A DNA stretch of 64,000 nt from Gemmatimonas sp. (GTDB lineage Bacteria; Gemmatimonadota; Gemmatimonadetes; Gemmatimonadales; Gemmatimonadaceae), in NCBI GenBank assembly GCA_965279375.1, contig OZ257156.1, positions 2,368,001-2,432,000 of the forward strand, in the 5' to 3' direction. Positions 1-10,500 of this stretch are shown here, one piece after another. Position numbers and translations under genes: made by a program. Below the pieces are notes generated by a model. That model saw nothing but the letters and a program-made list of their open reading frames with translations. It did no database searches and was not told where the DNA came from. Position 1 is the first letter of the stretch; each line of letters starts with the position of its first letter.

Positions 1-631
1 TCGCGCCGCGTTGGCGGCGCAGGGAGTGATTGTGGACGGCGCGATTCGCTCCGCGCCCACGCCGCCGACTGCGGCGATGGTCGCCACGCTCCCATCCCCT
101 CCATTGGCTCGTCTCATCTCGGCGATGAACCGCGAGAGCATCAACCTCTACGCCGAGCTGCTGTGGCGCGATGCGGCGCGTGGCGCCGACCGGTCGGCGA
201 TCGGGTCCGCCGAGAACGCGAACGCGACGATGCAGGCGTTTCTGGTGAAGGAAGTGGGGGCGTCGCCCGATGCCGTCACCGCGACAGACGGCAGCGGTCT
301 GTCAGTGTTGGATCGCGTGACGCCTCGTGCGCTGGTGCAGCTGCTCTCGCACGCGCACGACGCGCCGTGGGGGAGCGCGTTTCATGCGTCGCTGCCCGTC
401 GCCGGTGAGTCAGAGCTGCTGCGTCGCCGGATGCGCACGACGCCAGCGCAGGGCAACCTGCACGCGAAGACGGGCACCACCAACGAAGTGATCGGGCTCT
501 CCGGCTACGTGACCGCCGAGAACGGAGAGATTCTCGCCTTCGCATTTTTGTACAACGGCAACGATCGCTGGCACGCGCGCGAAACGATCGATGCCATGGG
601 CCCCACGCTCGCCGCGTTCACGCGCGAGTAG
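1..631 (+). CDS. dacB: D-alanyl-D-alanine carboxypeptidase/endopeptidase (PBP4, peptidase S13), 5'-truncated
   Basis: SxN motif (ESINLYAE), DGSGLS and KTG motif (HAKTGT) typical of S13. The frame runs in from the window edge; the SxxK motif lies outside the window. Confidence 0.9.
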   Translation, partial: RAALAAQGVIVDGAIRSAPTPPTAAMVATLPSPPLARLISAMNRESINLYAELLWRDAARGADRSAIGSAENANATMQAFLVKEVGASPDAVTATDGSGLSVLDRVTPRALVQLLSHAHDAPWGSAFHASLPVAGESELLRRRMRTTPAQGNLHAKTGTTNEVIGLSGYVTAENGEILAFAFLYNGNDRWHARETIDAMGPTLAAFTRE

Positions 632-638
632 TCCGCGC

Positions 639-3600
639 TCAGCGCGAACGACCCACGCGGAACTTGACCGACGGAATCGCCGTGCGTGCATTCGATGTGG
701 CGCGAGCGGCCGAGCTGCCCATGTGACGCTGACGGCGCGCCGCACCATCCGGCAGAGGCGCCGTGGCACGCGAGACCGCACGCGCAGCCGGCTGCGGATC
801 GAGCCCCGTGCGCACCATGGAGCGCGATGCGCCGGCGACATACGGACCTGAGCCATTGCCCGTCACCAGCGTGCTGTTGTAGCCCACCGCGAAGGCGCCG
901 CCCGCGCCGTTCGGCGAACCGGTCATCGACCAGAGCAGATCGGTGGTGCCGGTGGACATGGTCTGCCAGCTCGTGCCGTTGTAGCGGAGCATCGTGCCCT
1001 GATCGCCGGTCACATACAGATCGCTGACGCTCGGTCCCCACGCGGAGGTGAGCACGCGGGTGGTGCCAACCGACTGCGAGGTCCAGGAACTGCCGTTGAA
1101 GCGATAGGCGACGCCCGCCGCACCGGCCGCGTCCGCCCCGACCGTGAGCAGATTGCTGCTCGTGGTTCCCCAGATGCCGATGAACGTGCCGGAGTTGATC
1201 GGTGAGGCGGTGGTCCACCCCGAGCCATTGAAGCGCATCAACGTGCCGCTCTCACCCGTCGCGTAGACCTCGCCGGACGGAATGCCGTAGATGCCCCAGA
1301 GCGGCGCCGCGAACGTCGCGGAGACGAACCAGCTGGTGCCGTTGTAGCGAATAACCTGGCCGCCCGAGGTTGCCGCGTACACATCGTTGCTGCTCGTGCC
1401 CCAGAGCGCCGTCACCGTTGCGGTGGAGGGGAAGCTCATGGCGGACCAGCTGCTGCCGTTGAAGCGCAGCAGCGTGCCGTTCTCGCCGCCTGCGAACGCG
1501 TCGGTGGCACTGGGCGCCCAGACGGTGTTGAGCGTGACCGTGGTGGGCGTGCTCTGCCGAGTCCATGTGCCGCTGCTGAAGCGATACACCGAGCCCAACT
1601 CACCCACCGCAAACGCGTTCGACGACGACGTGCTCCACACATCGAGCAGGTCGGGGGCGAGATTGATCGTGCTCCATGCGCCACCCGCCAAGCGCATGAC
1701 GATGCCGCGCTGACCGGTCGCGTACAAGTTGCCGGCAGCATCGGCGGACACGGCGTACACCCGCGGACGATACGGCGTACTCGGCAACGAGAGCGTGCTG
1801 GCGTCGAGCTGCAGCAATCCGGCATCGCTGGCGATGTACATCCGTCCACCGCTCGCGCTGGTGCCATCGACGGAATACAGGTCGGACGAAGTCAGACTGT
1901 TGTTGACGAGCGTCCAGTTGGTACCGTCGAAGCGAAGCACCGTACCCACCGTGCCGACGGCCACCACGTTCGTGGTCGACGTGCCCGAGACGCCATACAG
2001 CGTTTCGGCCGTTGGCGTGGAGAGCGGCGACCAGCTGCTGCCGTTGTAGCGCAGCACTGTGCCGGCGACACCCACGGCGAAGCTGACGCCGCCGCTGGTC
2101 CAGATTGCGTTCAACTGCTGTGTGGTTCCCGTCGCCGTGGCAGACCAGCCGCCGCCTGAGAGCCGAAGCGCGGTCCCGTTGGCGCCGACAGCGATCGCGG
2201 ACCCCACACCATCCGACCACACATCCATGAGTGCTTGCGTCGTGCCCGACGACATGCCGGACCAGCTGCCGCCGTTGAAGCGTGCAATGATGCCGTTCGT
2301 GCCGACGGCGATCACATCACTGGCGGAAGAGCCGTGCACGGCGAGGAACTGACCGCCGTACGTCGAACCGCGCGCGGCCACCGACCAGCTGCTGCCATCC
2401 CAGCGGAAGACATCACCCACCACGTTCACGGCGAACGCGCTGTTCGCGCCGAAGCCGATCGTGGAGATGACATCCTCGTAGAGCGCACCACCCAGTCGAG
2501 ACGCTGCCCAGCTGGTGGCGAGCTGCGACGAGGCGACGGTGACGGTGACCGTGTCCTTCTTGCTGGCATCCGCCACTGAGGTCGCGGTGATCAGCGTGGA
2601 GCCCGAGGTGACCGCGTTGACCAAGCCGCTCGCGCTGACCGTCGCCACGGCACCTGCCGACGACGTCCATGTGACAGCCGTGCTCACACCAGGATCGGCG
2701 CTGACGGCAGCGTTCAGCTGCTGCGTTTGACCGACGCTCAGCGAGACGGGACGCGGCGAAAGCGAGACGACGATCGGTCGCGCGGTCACCGTGATGGTCG
2801 CGGTGGCGCGCTTGGTGGTATCGGCGGTGGCGATGGCCGTGATCGTGGAGCTACCGGCACCGACCGCCGTCACCAGCCCCGTGGCATTGACCGTTGCGAC
2901 GGCGCTATTGCTCGTACGCAGCGTGTAGGTGGTGGGCAGTCCGCCGTTTGCCGTCACCACCGTGTTGAGCTGCTGCGTCTGTCCGATGAGCAGTGACGCG
3001 CTCGTCGGCGTTACGGTGACGCTACCCACGGTGGGAGCGGCCACGGTGATCGTCGCCGTCGCGCGCTTGGTGGTGTCGGCGTTCGCGATGGCGGTGATGG
3101 TGGAGGTGCCAGCGCCGGTTGCCGTCACGAGTCCCGTGGCGTTGACAGTTGCCACGGCACTATTGCTGGTGCGCAGCGTGTAGGCGGTCGACAGACCACC
3201 ACTCGCGATGACCACGGTGTTGAGCTGTTGCGTCTGGCCAACCAGCAGCGACGCGCTCGTCGGTGAGACAGCGATGCTGCCCACGCCGGGTGCGGCCACG
3301 GTGATCGTCGCCGTCGCACGCTTGGTGGTGTCGGCGTTCGCGATGGCGGTGATCGTCGAGCTGCCAACCGCACCGGCCGTCACGAGTCCTGTGGCGCCTA
3401 CCGTGGCCACGTTCGTGTTGCTCGAACGCAGCGTGTAGCCGTTGGACAATGCACCGGCGACGGTTACCACCGCCGTAAGCTGCTGCGTCTGTCCGGTGAA
3501 GAGCGTCGCGGTCGTCGGCGTGAGCGAGACGCCGGTGACACTCGGCGCGTTGACCGTCACGAGCGCCGACGCGCGCTTGGTAGTGTCGGCGAGCGAGACG

Positions 3601-5453
3601 GCGGTGATGATCGCCTGGCCCAGTCCATTCATCGTCACGTTGCCCAAGGGCGACACGATGGCGACGGCGGTGTTGCTGGTCCGCCAGCTGACCGCAGTGG
3701 AGAGCGAGCCGTCGGCCGTCACCGTCGCCGTCAGCGGTGAGACGTCACCGACGAAGCCACTCAGATTGGCGGGCGTCACCACCACCGAGCGGACCATGCC
3801 GAGCACTGTGATGCTCGAGGTGGCGCGCTTGGTGGTGTCGGCGGCGGCGAGCATGGTGATGGTCGCGGTTCCCATGCCGACACCGGTGACGACGCCATTG
3901 GCGTTGACCGTGGCGATGCTGGCATCGCTGGTGCGCCAGATGAGCGCGGCGCTGACGCCTTGCGCGACCGTGATGCGACCGGTCAGTGGCCGCTGCTCAC
4001 CGATGGAGATGGTGGCCTGCGACGGAGAGACGCCGACGGACGGCGCGGGCTGCACCGTCACCTGCGCCGTGCCGCGCTTGGTGGTGTCCACGGTAGAGAT
4101 GGCGCTGATCGTCGCCGTGCCCACGGAGTTCGAGCTGATGAGGCCCGACGACGAGACGCTCACGACGGTGGGATTGCTGCTGTGCCAGGTAACCGTGGTC
4201 GGCACCGGCCCATCGGTGACAACGTCAGCGAAGAGTTGATCCTGATCGCCCACGAACTCGGTGATTGCGCTGGGGCGCACGGTCACGCCAAGCACGGACG
4301 GTGTCACGGTCACGACGGCGATGGCGCTGCGCGTTGGATCGCCCGCCGACGTGGCGGTGATGGTCGCGACACCAACGCGGTGGCCCGTGACCGTTCCCGA
4401 GGGGGACACGGACACGATCGATGCATCGCTCGTGCCCCACACGACTGCCGCGCTGAGTCCACCATCAATCACGACCGTCGCTGTGATGCTCGCCGATTGC
4501 TGCACTCCCACGGAGAGCGCGGTGGGAGACACGGTTACTCGGCGGGCGGGCAGCACGGTCAACAGCAATTCGTCCTTGGCGCGCGGATCAGCGATGGCGG
4601 CCACGCGAATGAGGCTCGAACCTACGCTCACCGCGGTGATGGTGCCGTTGGCGTCCACGGTGGCCACGGAAGGATTTTCGCTCGTCCAGACGAGCGCACG
4701 CGTTTGCGTGGAGTCCACATCCAGTTCGGCCTGAATCGTCTTCGCATCGCCCACCCACAGTGTCAACGCGCTGAGTCCCGGCGCGAGGGACACGGTGCGT
4801 GCCGGCGCGACGACGACTGTGGCCGTGGCGACGATGTTCGGGTCGGCGCTGGCACTCGCGCGCACCGTGGTGGTGCCCACGCTGACGCCGGTCACGAAGC
4901 CTGACGCGTCCACCGTGGCGATCGACGGATTGAGCACCGCCCAACGCACTGCCTGGGAGGCGCCCGCATCACCATCGACTGTCGCACGCAGCGGCTGAAC
5001 ATCGCCCACGCGCACACCAAGGGACGCCGGTGCAAGCACGATCGCCTTCACGCCCAGCACGCGCACGTCCACGAATGCGGCTGCGTTGCCCGACGACGCG
5101 CGCACGCGCGTGGAACCAGGGGCACGCGCCACGATCGCCGCCGACGTGCCGCTGCCGGCGACTTCGGCCACCGTCGGATTCTCACTCGTCCACGTCACGT
5201 TCGGCGACGCGAGCGTGCGGCCCGAGGCATCGCGAATGGTGGCGGAGATCGTTTCCGTCGAACCAACGCCGCTGAGCGCCACGGCGGGGACGGAGACGTC
5301 GATCAGCGCTGCGGCGCCGGGGCCGGACGGTGTCGTCGGGCCAGGTGCGGTGATGCCATCGCCTGCCGCAGAGCAGGCAGCGAGAAGCAGGAGTGCGGCG
5401 CCGTTGACCGTGCGAACCAGCGTTGCTGGAACACGCGTGACGAATGCATGCAT
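639..5453 (-). CDS. Large lipoprotein: 11 Big_2 Ig-like domains, a 14-repeat beta-propeller head and a basic tail
   Basis: Lipobox LLLLAA-C about 25 aa after ATG 5453 (alternative start 5507). Eleven ~84-aa repeats (V.P....L..G....L.A.V...W.SS...VATV...G.VT....G...ITA). Fourteen ~40-aa repeats (L..VWG.S...aVG..GT.LRFNG.SW). Confidence 0.85.
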   Translation of the reverse strand: MHAFVTRVPATLVRTVNGAALLLLAACSAAGDGITAPGPTTPSGPGAAALIDVSVPAVALSGVGSTETISATIRDASGRTLASPNVTWTSENPTVAEVAGSGTSAAIVARAPGSTRVRASSGNAAAFVDVRVLGVKAIVLAPASLGVRVGDVQPLRATVDGDAGASQAVRWAVLNPSIATVDASGFVTGVSVGTTTVRASASADPNIVATATVVVAPARTVSLAPGLSALTLWVGDAKTIQAELDVDSTQTRALVWTSENPSVATVDANGTITAVSVGSSLIRVAAIADPRAKDELLLTVLPARRVTVSPTALSVGVQQSASITATVVIDGGLSAAVVWGTSDASIVSVSPSGTVTGHRVGVATITATSAGDPTRSAIAVVTVTPSVLGVTVRPSAITEFVGDQDQLFADVVTDGPVPTTVTWHSSNPTVVSVSSSGLISSNSVGTATISAISTVDTTKRGTAQVTVQPAPSVGVSPSQATISIGEQRPLTGRITVAQGVSAALIWRTSDASIATVNANGVVTGVGMGTATITMLAAADTTKRATSSITVLGMVRSVVVTPANLSGFVGDVSPLTATVTADGSLSTAVSWRTSNTAVAIVSPLGNVTMNGLGQAIITAVSLADTTKRASALVTVNAPSVTGVSLTPTTATLFTGQTQQLTAVVTVAGALSNGYTLRSSNTNVATVGATGLVTAGAVGSSTITAIANADTTKRATATITVAAPGVGSIAVSPTSASLLVGQTQQLNTVVIASGGLSTAYTLRTSNSAVATVNATGLVTATGAGTSTITAIANADTTKRATATITVAAPTVGSVTVTPTSASLLIGQTQQLNTVVTANGGLPTTYTLRTSNSAVATVNATGLVTAVGAGSSTITAIATADTTKRATATITVTARPIVVSLSPRPVSLSVGQTQQLNAAVSADPGVSTAVTWTSSAGAVATVSASGLVNAVTSGSTLITATSVADASKKDTVTVTVASSQLATSWAASRLGGALYEDVISTIGFGANSAFAVNVVGDVFRWDGSSWSVAARGSTYGGQFLAVHGSSASDVIAVGTNGIIARFNGGSWSGMSSGTTQALMDVWSDGVGSAIAVGANGTALRLSGGGWSATATGTTQQLNAIWTSGGVSFAVGVAGTVLRYNGSSWSPLSTPTAETLYGVSGTSTTNVVAVGTVGTVLRFDGTNWTLVNNSLTSSDLYSVDGTSASGGRMYIASDAGLLQLDASTLSLPSTPYRPRVYAVSADAAGNLYATGQRGIVMRLAGGAWSTINLAPDLLDVWSTSSSNAFAVGELGSVYRFSSGTWTRQSTPTTVTLNTVWAPSATDAFAGGENGTLLRFNGSSWSAMSFPSTATVTALWGTSSNDVYAATSGGQVIRYNGTSWFVSATFAAPLWGIYGIPSGEVYATGESGTLMRFNGSGWTTASPINSGTFIGIWGTTSSNLLTVGADAAGAAGVAYRFNGSSWTSQSVGTTRVLTSAWGPSVSDLYVTGDQGTMLRYNGTSWQTMSTGTTDLLWSMTGSPNGAGGAFAVGYNSTLVTGNGSGPYVAGASRSMVRTGLDPQPAARAVSRATAPLPDGAARRQRHMGSSAARATSNARTAIPSVKFRVGRSR
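3037..3353. repeat. Intragenic tandem repeat with 255-bp period (Big_2 units 8-10)
   Basis: 3037-3098 and 3292-3353 match at 61 of 62 nt; a third, more diverged copy lies near 2785-2845. Confidence 0.9.
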
Positions 5454-5834
5454 GGGTGAGGGCACCGATACACGCAGAAGCTGCACCAACCGGGACGAGC
5501 GAATCATTGAGCCTCTGTGCGACGGGCGCCGTGCACCCATCAGCCGTATTGCGCGAAACTGGACGACGCGGAGGGCATCCTTCCCTCGCGCGAGCGAGCG
5601 GGCCTCGACATGGGCCGCCCTTCGCGGAGAGGACGTGCGAGTGTGATGCACGCCTGTTTCACAGCGAGCCAACGATGTCTCGACGCCGGTGCGACTGCCG
5701 ATGACGTGACGCGATTGATCCCAGTGCCGGATCGGTTGGTGCGTCATGCACCATTGCGTCGCAGCAATTGGCCGATCAGGGCCGGCATTCCTGCACTGCG
5801 GTTAACGACAGATTGCATTCATCCAGATGCGACG

Positions 5835-5866
5835 ACGGGCCGACTTCCGCGTGGAAGCCGACCCGT
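5835..5866 (-). other. Stable RNA hairpin without a U-tract
   Basis: Minus strand acgggtcggcttcc-acgc-ggaagtcggcccgt gives a 14-bp stem with two G-U pairs that form only on the minus strand. Confidence 0.55.
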
Positions 5867-5921
5867 TCGATCGCCCGTTCGATTTTGCTGCAGTGCGTCT
5901 CTACCCAGCCAACTACCCTGC

Positions 5922-5958
5922 CCGCGTGATGTCCCCGTCCGGGAGGGACATCACGCGG
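5922..5958 (-). terminator. Hairpin just after the stop of 5965..7143 (terminator or mRNA-stabilising stem)
   Basis: Perfect 14-bp inverted repeat ccgcgtgatgtccc / gggacatcacgcgg, 9-nt loop, 6 nt after the stop codon, no U-tract. Confidence 0.6.
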
Positions 5959-5964
5959 TCCTGC

Positions 5965-7143
5965 TTACCGGCCGTTCTTGCGCTTGCTGACAGGGCGAGA
6001 GCGCACACCCGACGTCGTGAGGTCCGCCACCGTGACGAACGCGGAGCCCGAGCGCATCGGATCCGTCACCGACGTCGCCGTCACCGTCGCGTAGCCCGAC
6101 GCAACCGCCGTGACTTCGCCCGTCGCCGAGACAGTCACGACGTTCGTGTCACTGCTGCTCCACGTCACGTCCGTGTTCAGGCCGGGCTCGATAGTCACCG
6201 TGGCCGTCAGCTGACGCGTGCCACCCTGCACGAGCAGCACGCTGTCCGGTGCCACCGACACGCTGCGTGCCGGCAACACGGTCACGACGATCTCCGCAAA
6301 GGCGCGCGAATCGGCCGCCGAGGTGGCGCGAATGATGGCCGTGCCTTCGCCCGTCGCCGTGATCACACCGCTCGGGTCGATCGTCGCGACCGACGTGTTG
6401 CCGCTGCTCCAGATGATGTCCTTCGACTCATTGGCATCGACATCGGCTTCAGCCGCCAACGTCCGTGCATCGCCGTTCCACAGCGTGATCGCCGAGCCGC
6501 CCGGTGCAAACGACACCGCGCGCGCCGGGTTCACCGTCACAGTGGCCGACGCCGACAAACGCGGATCCGCGTTCGACGTGACCGTCACCGTCGTGCTGCC
6601 GGCAGCGATCGCCGTGATGACGCCTTCCGCGCTGATCTTGGCGATCGACGCATTGGCAATGCTGTACTTCACGCCCTGATCGGCGCTGGGATCGGACTCG
6701 ATGATGGCGCCAACCGACTGATCATCGCCGACGCGAAGGGCGACGGCACTCTGCGCGAACGACACGCTGCGCACGCCGAGCACGCGCACTTCGACTTCCG
6801 CCGAGAACGCGCCCGAGGAGGCCTTGATCGTGGTGGTGCCGGCCGAACGCGCCGTGATGGCGCCTTCGCCGTTGACGTCGGCGACCGCCGGATTGGCGCT
6901 CGACCACGCGACCGCACCAGAGGTGGCATTGCCCGCCGCGTCGCGCAGCGTGGCCTTCACCGTCTCGGCCGCGCCGATGCTGGCGAGCGCGATGCCGTTG
7001 CTGCTCAGTTCGAGCTTGGCAGCCGCGCCAGGCCCCTGAGGAGCAACGACGCTGTCGGACGAGGAGCAGGCCGTCAACGCGACGACGGTTACAGCACTGG
7101 CGGCGAGGGCGCGGAGCGACTTCGTCGAAAGCAGGGTACGCAT
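5965..7143 (-). CDS. Lipoprotein with 4 Big_2 Ig-like domains and no propeller head
   Basis: RBS GGAGA before ATG 7143. Signal MRTLLSTKSLRALAASAVTVVALTA-C. Four Big_2 repeats and a basic tail RSRPVSKRKNGR. Confidence 0.85.
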   Translation of the reverse strand: MRTLLSTKSLRALAASAVTVVALTACSSSDSVVAPQGPGAAAKLELSSNGIALASIGAAETVKATLRDAAGNATSGAVAWSSANPAVADVNGEGAITARSAGTTTIKASSGAFSAEVEVRVLGVRSVSFAQSAVALRVGDDQSVGAIIESDPSADQGVKYSIANASIAKISAEGVITAIAAGSTTVTVTSNADPRLSASATVTVNPARAVSFAPGGSAITLWNGDARTLAAEADVDANESKDIIWSSGNTSVATIDPSGVITATGEGTAIIRATSAADSRAFAEIVVTVLPARSVSVAPDSVLLVQGGTRQLTATVTIEPGLNTDVTWSSSDTNVVTVSATGEVTAVASGYATVTATSVTDPMRSGSAFVTVADLTTSGVRSRPVSKRKNGR

Positions 7144-7453
7144 AGAATCTCCGGACAATTCGGAATGGACGACCGAGTGTCGTCGCAACGGGTGTGTCGG
7201 CCTGGGCTCGATTCCAGGCTCGATTGGCTGGGGCGAGAGCGATCGGACTGCGCTCACCTGCAGGTCTCGGCAGCTAGACGACGCCCCGTCCCAACTCACC
7301 CGTCACGCCGCTGGCACTTTTCGTGTCGCTGTCGGTCCTTGTGCCGGTGGTGTGACGGTCCGTGACATGCTGGCACGGCTTCTGATACAATCGCGTGGAC
7401 GAGCGTCGAGACGATCCCGCAGCGGACGATTCCGCAGCGTTCATGCTGTAAGC

Positions 7454-7489
7454 AGAAAGGGCCGGCGCTCGTGGTGAGCGCCGGCCCTT
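7454..7489 (-). terminator. Intrinsic terminator
   Basis: 14-bp perfect stem aagggccggcgctc / gagcgccggccctt with a 5-nt loop, running into TTTCT on the minus strand, about 30 nt after the stop of 7520..10729. Confidence 0.8.
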
Positions 7490-7519
7490 CTCATCCTGCA
7501 GTCGCGATGAGCGCGACGA

Positions 7520-10500
7520 TCAGCGATGCTTGCGCTTCGCGCGCGCGGCTCCGCTGGGAATGGTGCGACGCATCAACGCCGACTTGGAACGGCGAGCGGC
7601 AGCCGACGGCTCGAGCGAGCCCCGGTTGCCAGCAGAGAGCGACGCGAAGAGCGGCGCGGGTCCCTTGGCTCCGGTCACGATCAGGCTGTTGTAGCCCACG
7701 GCGAACGCACCACCCGATGCATCGGGAGCACCCGACACACTCCAGAGCAGATCCGTCGTCGGAAGCGAGACAGGCTGCCAGAGTGCGCCGTCGTAGCGCA
7801 GCAGCGTGCCGATGTCGCCCGTGACGTAGATGTCGTTGAGGCTCGGTCCCCAGATGCTGGTGAGCACACGTCTCGTACCGAGGCTGAGCTGTTGCCATGC
7901 GTTGCCATCGAAACGATAGGCGAGACCCAGGTCACCCGTGGCGTCCGCGCCGACCGCGGTAACGTCGGTGATGCCGCTCATCCAGAGACCGACAATCGTG
8001 CCGTTCGCGGGCGTGGGCAGCTGCGACCACGTCGTGCCGTTGAAGCGCAGCATCGTCCCGCCTTCACCGCCGGCGTACACCTCGCTGGCATTGACGCCGA
8101 AGATCGCTGTGAGCGCGCGCGGCGCGGTCGCCACCACGCTCCAGCTGGTACCGGCGTAGCGCACGATCTCGCCGGCATCGGTCACCGCATACACGTTGCT
8201 GTTGCTGGTGCCCCAGATCGACGTGACGTTGGCCAGCGATGGAAATGCCATCGTGCGCCAGGCGCCTCCCGTCCAGCGCAGGATTGTGCCGTTGTCGCCA
8301 CCGGCGAATGCCTCGTTGGCTGCGGGCGCCCAGACGGCGTTGAGCGCCGCGAGTGTCGGGGTTGTGTCTCGCGTCCACGCGGAGCCGTTCCACCGATAGG
8401 CGAATCCGAATTCGCCGACGGCCCACGAATTCGTACTCGATGTGGTCCACACATCCAGCAGGTCAGGAGCGATACTCAGCGTCTGGAAGGTGTTGCTCCC
8501 TGAGGCAGCGCGCATGACGACGCCGCGCTGTCCGCCGGTCCACACCGAACCGCTGGCATCCATGTGCACGGTGAAGAGATTCGGCGCGTATGGCGTCGCG
8601 GTCGTCGACACGGTGTTGCCGTCGAGTTGCAGCAATCCGTCGTCGCCAGCGATGTAGCTTCGCCCGTTGTTGGCGGTGGTCGCCTGCACGGCCCACATAT
8701 CTCCGCCACGCTCGTTGTTCGGAACGATCGACCAGTTGGTGCCGTCGAAGCGCAGGATCGTGCCGAACGAACCCACCGCGATGATGTTGCTGCTCGACGT
8801 GCCGCTGATCGCGTTGAGCGCCTCGCTTGTCGGTACGCTCACGGTGGACCACGTGTTGCCGGCAAAGCGCAATACGACGCCGGCCGTGCCCACCGCATAG
8901 CTCACGCCGTTCGATGACCAGACACCATTGAGCGTCTCGACCGTTCCCGTGGCCGTACTGGACCAGTTGCCGCCAGCGAGACGGAGCGCCGTGCCGTTCG
9001 CGCCGACCGCGAACGCACCACCCAGTGAATCGACGAACACGTTGTTGAGCACGCGCGTGGTGCCGGACGACATCGTCGTCCACTGCACGCCATCCCATTT
9101 GATGATCGCGCCGTTGGTGCCGACCGCGATCACGTTGTTGAAGGCCGTTCCGTGCACCGAGAGGAAGCGCGTCGAGTACGTGGCCCCCCGAGACGATGCC
9201 GTCCACACGGAGCCATTCCAGAGGAATACGTCGCCGGCGAGGTTGACGGCGAAGGCCGTCGACGAACCGAAGCTGACGATCGACTGGATGTCGTCGTAGA
9301 GCGGGCCATTGAGTCGCGCGGGCGTCCAGTTGGTCGCCAGCACTGGCAGCACGGACACCGTCACGGTGTCGCGTCGTGTGGGATCGGCGACGGCGGACGC
9401 GGTGATGACCGCCGAACCAAGCGCGACGGCCGTGACGACACCACTCGTGTTGATGGAAGCGACGCCCGCGTTGGAGGAACTCCACGTGACACCGGTCGCC
9501 ACACCAGGATTCGCACTCACCGTGGCCGTGAGTGCAGTGCTGCCACCCGGGTTGAGGCCGACAGTGCGCTGCGTGATGGCTACGGTGGTCGTACGCGAAT
9601 TGACCGTCAGCGTGGCCGTGGCGCGCTTGGTGGTGTCTGCGGTCGACAGCACCGTGATCGTCGCCGTGCCGACGCCCGTGGTGGTCACGAGACCGCTGTT
9701 GCTCACCGTAGCCACCGCGGCGTTGCTGGACCGCCACGTCACGGCGTTGCTGATCGTGCCATCAACGGTGACGGTGCTCGTGAACTGTTGCGTGGCGCCC
9801 CAGAACACCGACGCGGTGGTCGGTGCCACGGTGACGGTGCGAACACTCGGCAGCACCGTGACGACGGCGGTTGCGCGAACGAGTGTGTCGGCGACCGCGA
9901 CGGCGGTGATGGTTGCCGTACCATTGGCGACACCCGTGACGACGCCGGCCGCGCTCACCGTGGCCACTGCAGCAGCGCTGGTACGCCAGGTGACTGCGGT
10001 GCTGAGGCCAGCATCCATGCGCACCGTGGGCACGAGCGTGCGCTGGTCGCCGGCCACGATGCTCACCGACGTGGGGGCGAGCGTGACCGACCGCTGCGCG
10101 GTGACGGAGAAGGTCGCGGTCGCGCTGAAGCGCGCATCCCCGACGGAGGTGGCACGAATGGTCGCGTTGCCGATGCTGACACCCGTGACCACGCCGGCTG
10201 CACTCACCGTCGCCACCGCCGGATTGTCGCTCGCCCACGTCACGGTCGTCGGGAGACCCGGATCGGCGGTGACGGCAGCGGTCAACGTTTGCGTATCACC
10301 CACGCGAATCGCGGCCGCCGACGGCGTGACCACGACGCTGCGCACGCCGAGCACCTGCACCTGCACCGGCGCACTGACTCCGCCGGACGTCGCGGTGATC
10401 GTCGCTGTGCCCGGGCTCACCGCCGTGATCGTTGCCGTCGTACCACTCGGACTGACGATCGCTACCGTCGGCGCGCCGCTCGACCACGTCACTGAAGCGG

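Noticed and set aside
2785..3545. Repeats as a CRISPR array or DGR template/variable repeat
   Set aside because: They are in-frame protein domain repeats; there are no spacers, cas genes or reverse transcriptase, and no adenine-specific variation pattern.
5642..5663. TGTGA...TCACA resembling a CRP site
   Set aside because: The spacer is 12 nt, not the 6 nt of CRP/FNR boxes.
5454..5747. 98-aa N-terminal extension of the 1702-aa ORF
   Set aside because: It would put the lipobox about 125 aa from the start; the composition is unlike coding sequence, and ATG 5453 gives a normal signal peptide.
7311..7386. Two TGGCAC sigma-54 -24-like hexamers
   Set aside because: They lie on the strand opposite the downstream gene and lack a properly spaced TTGC.
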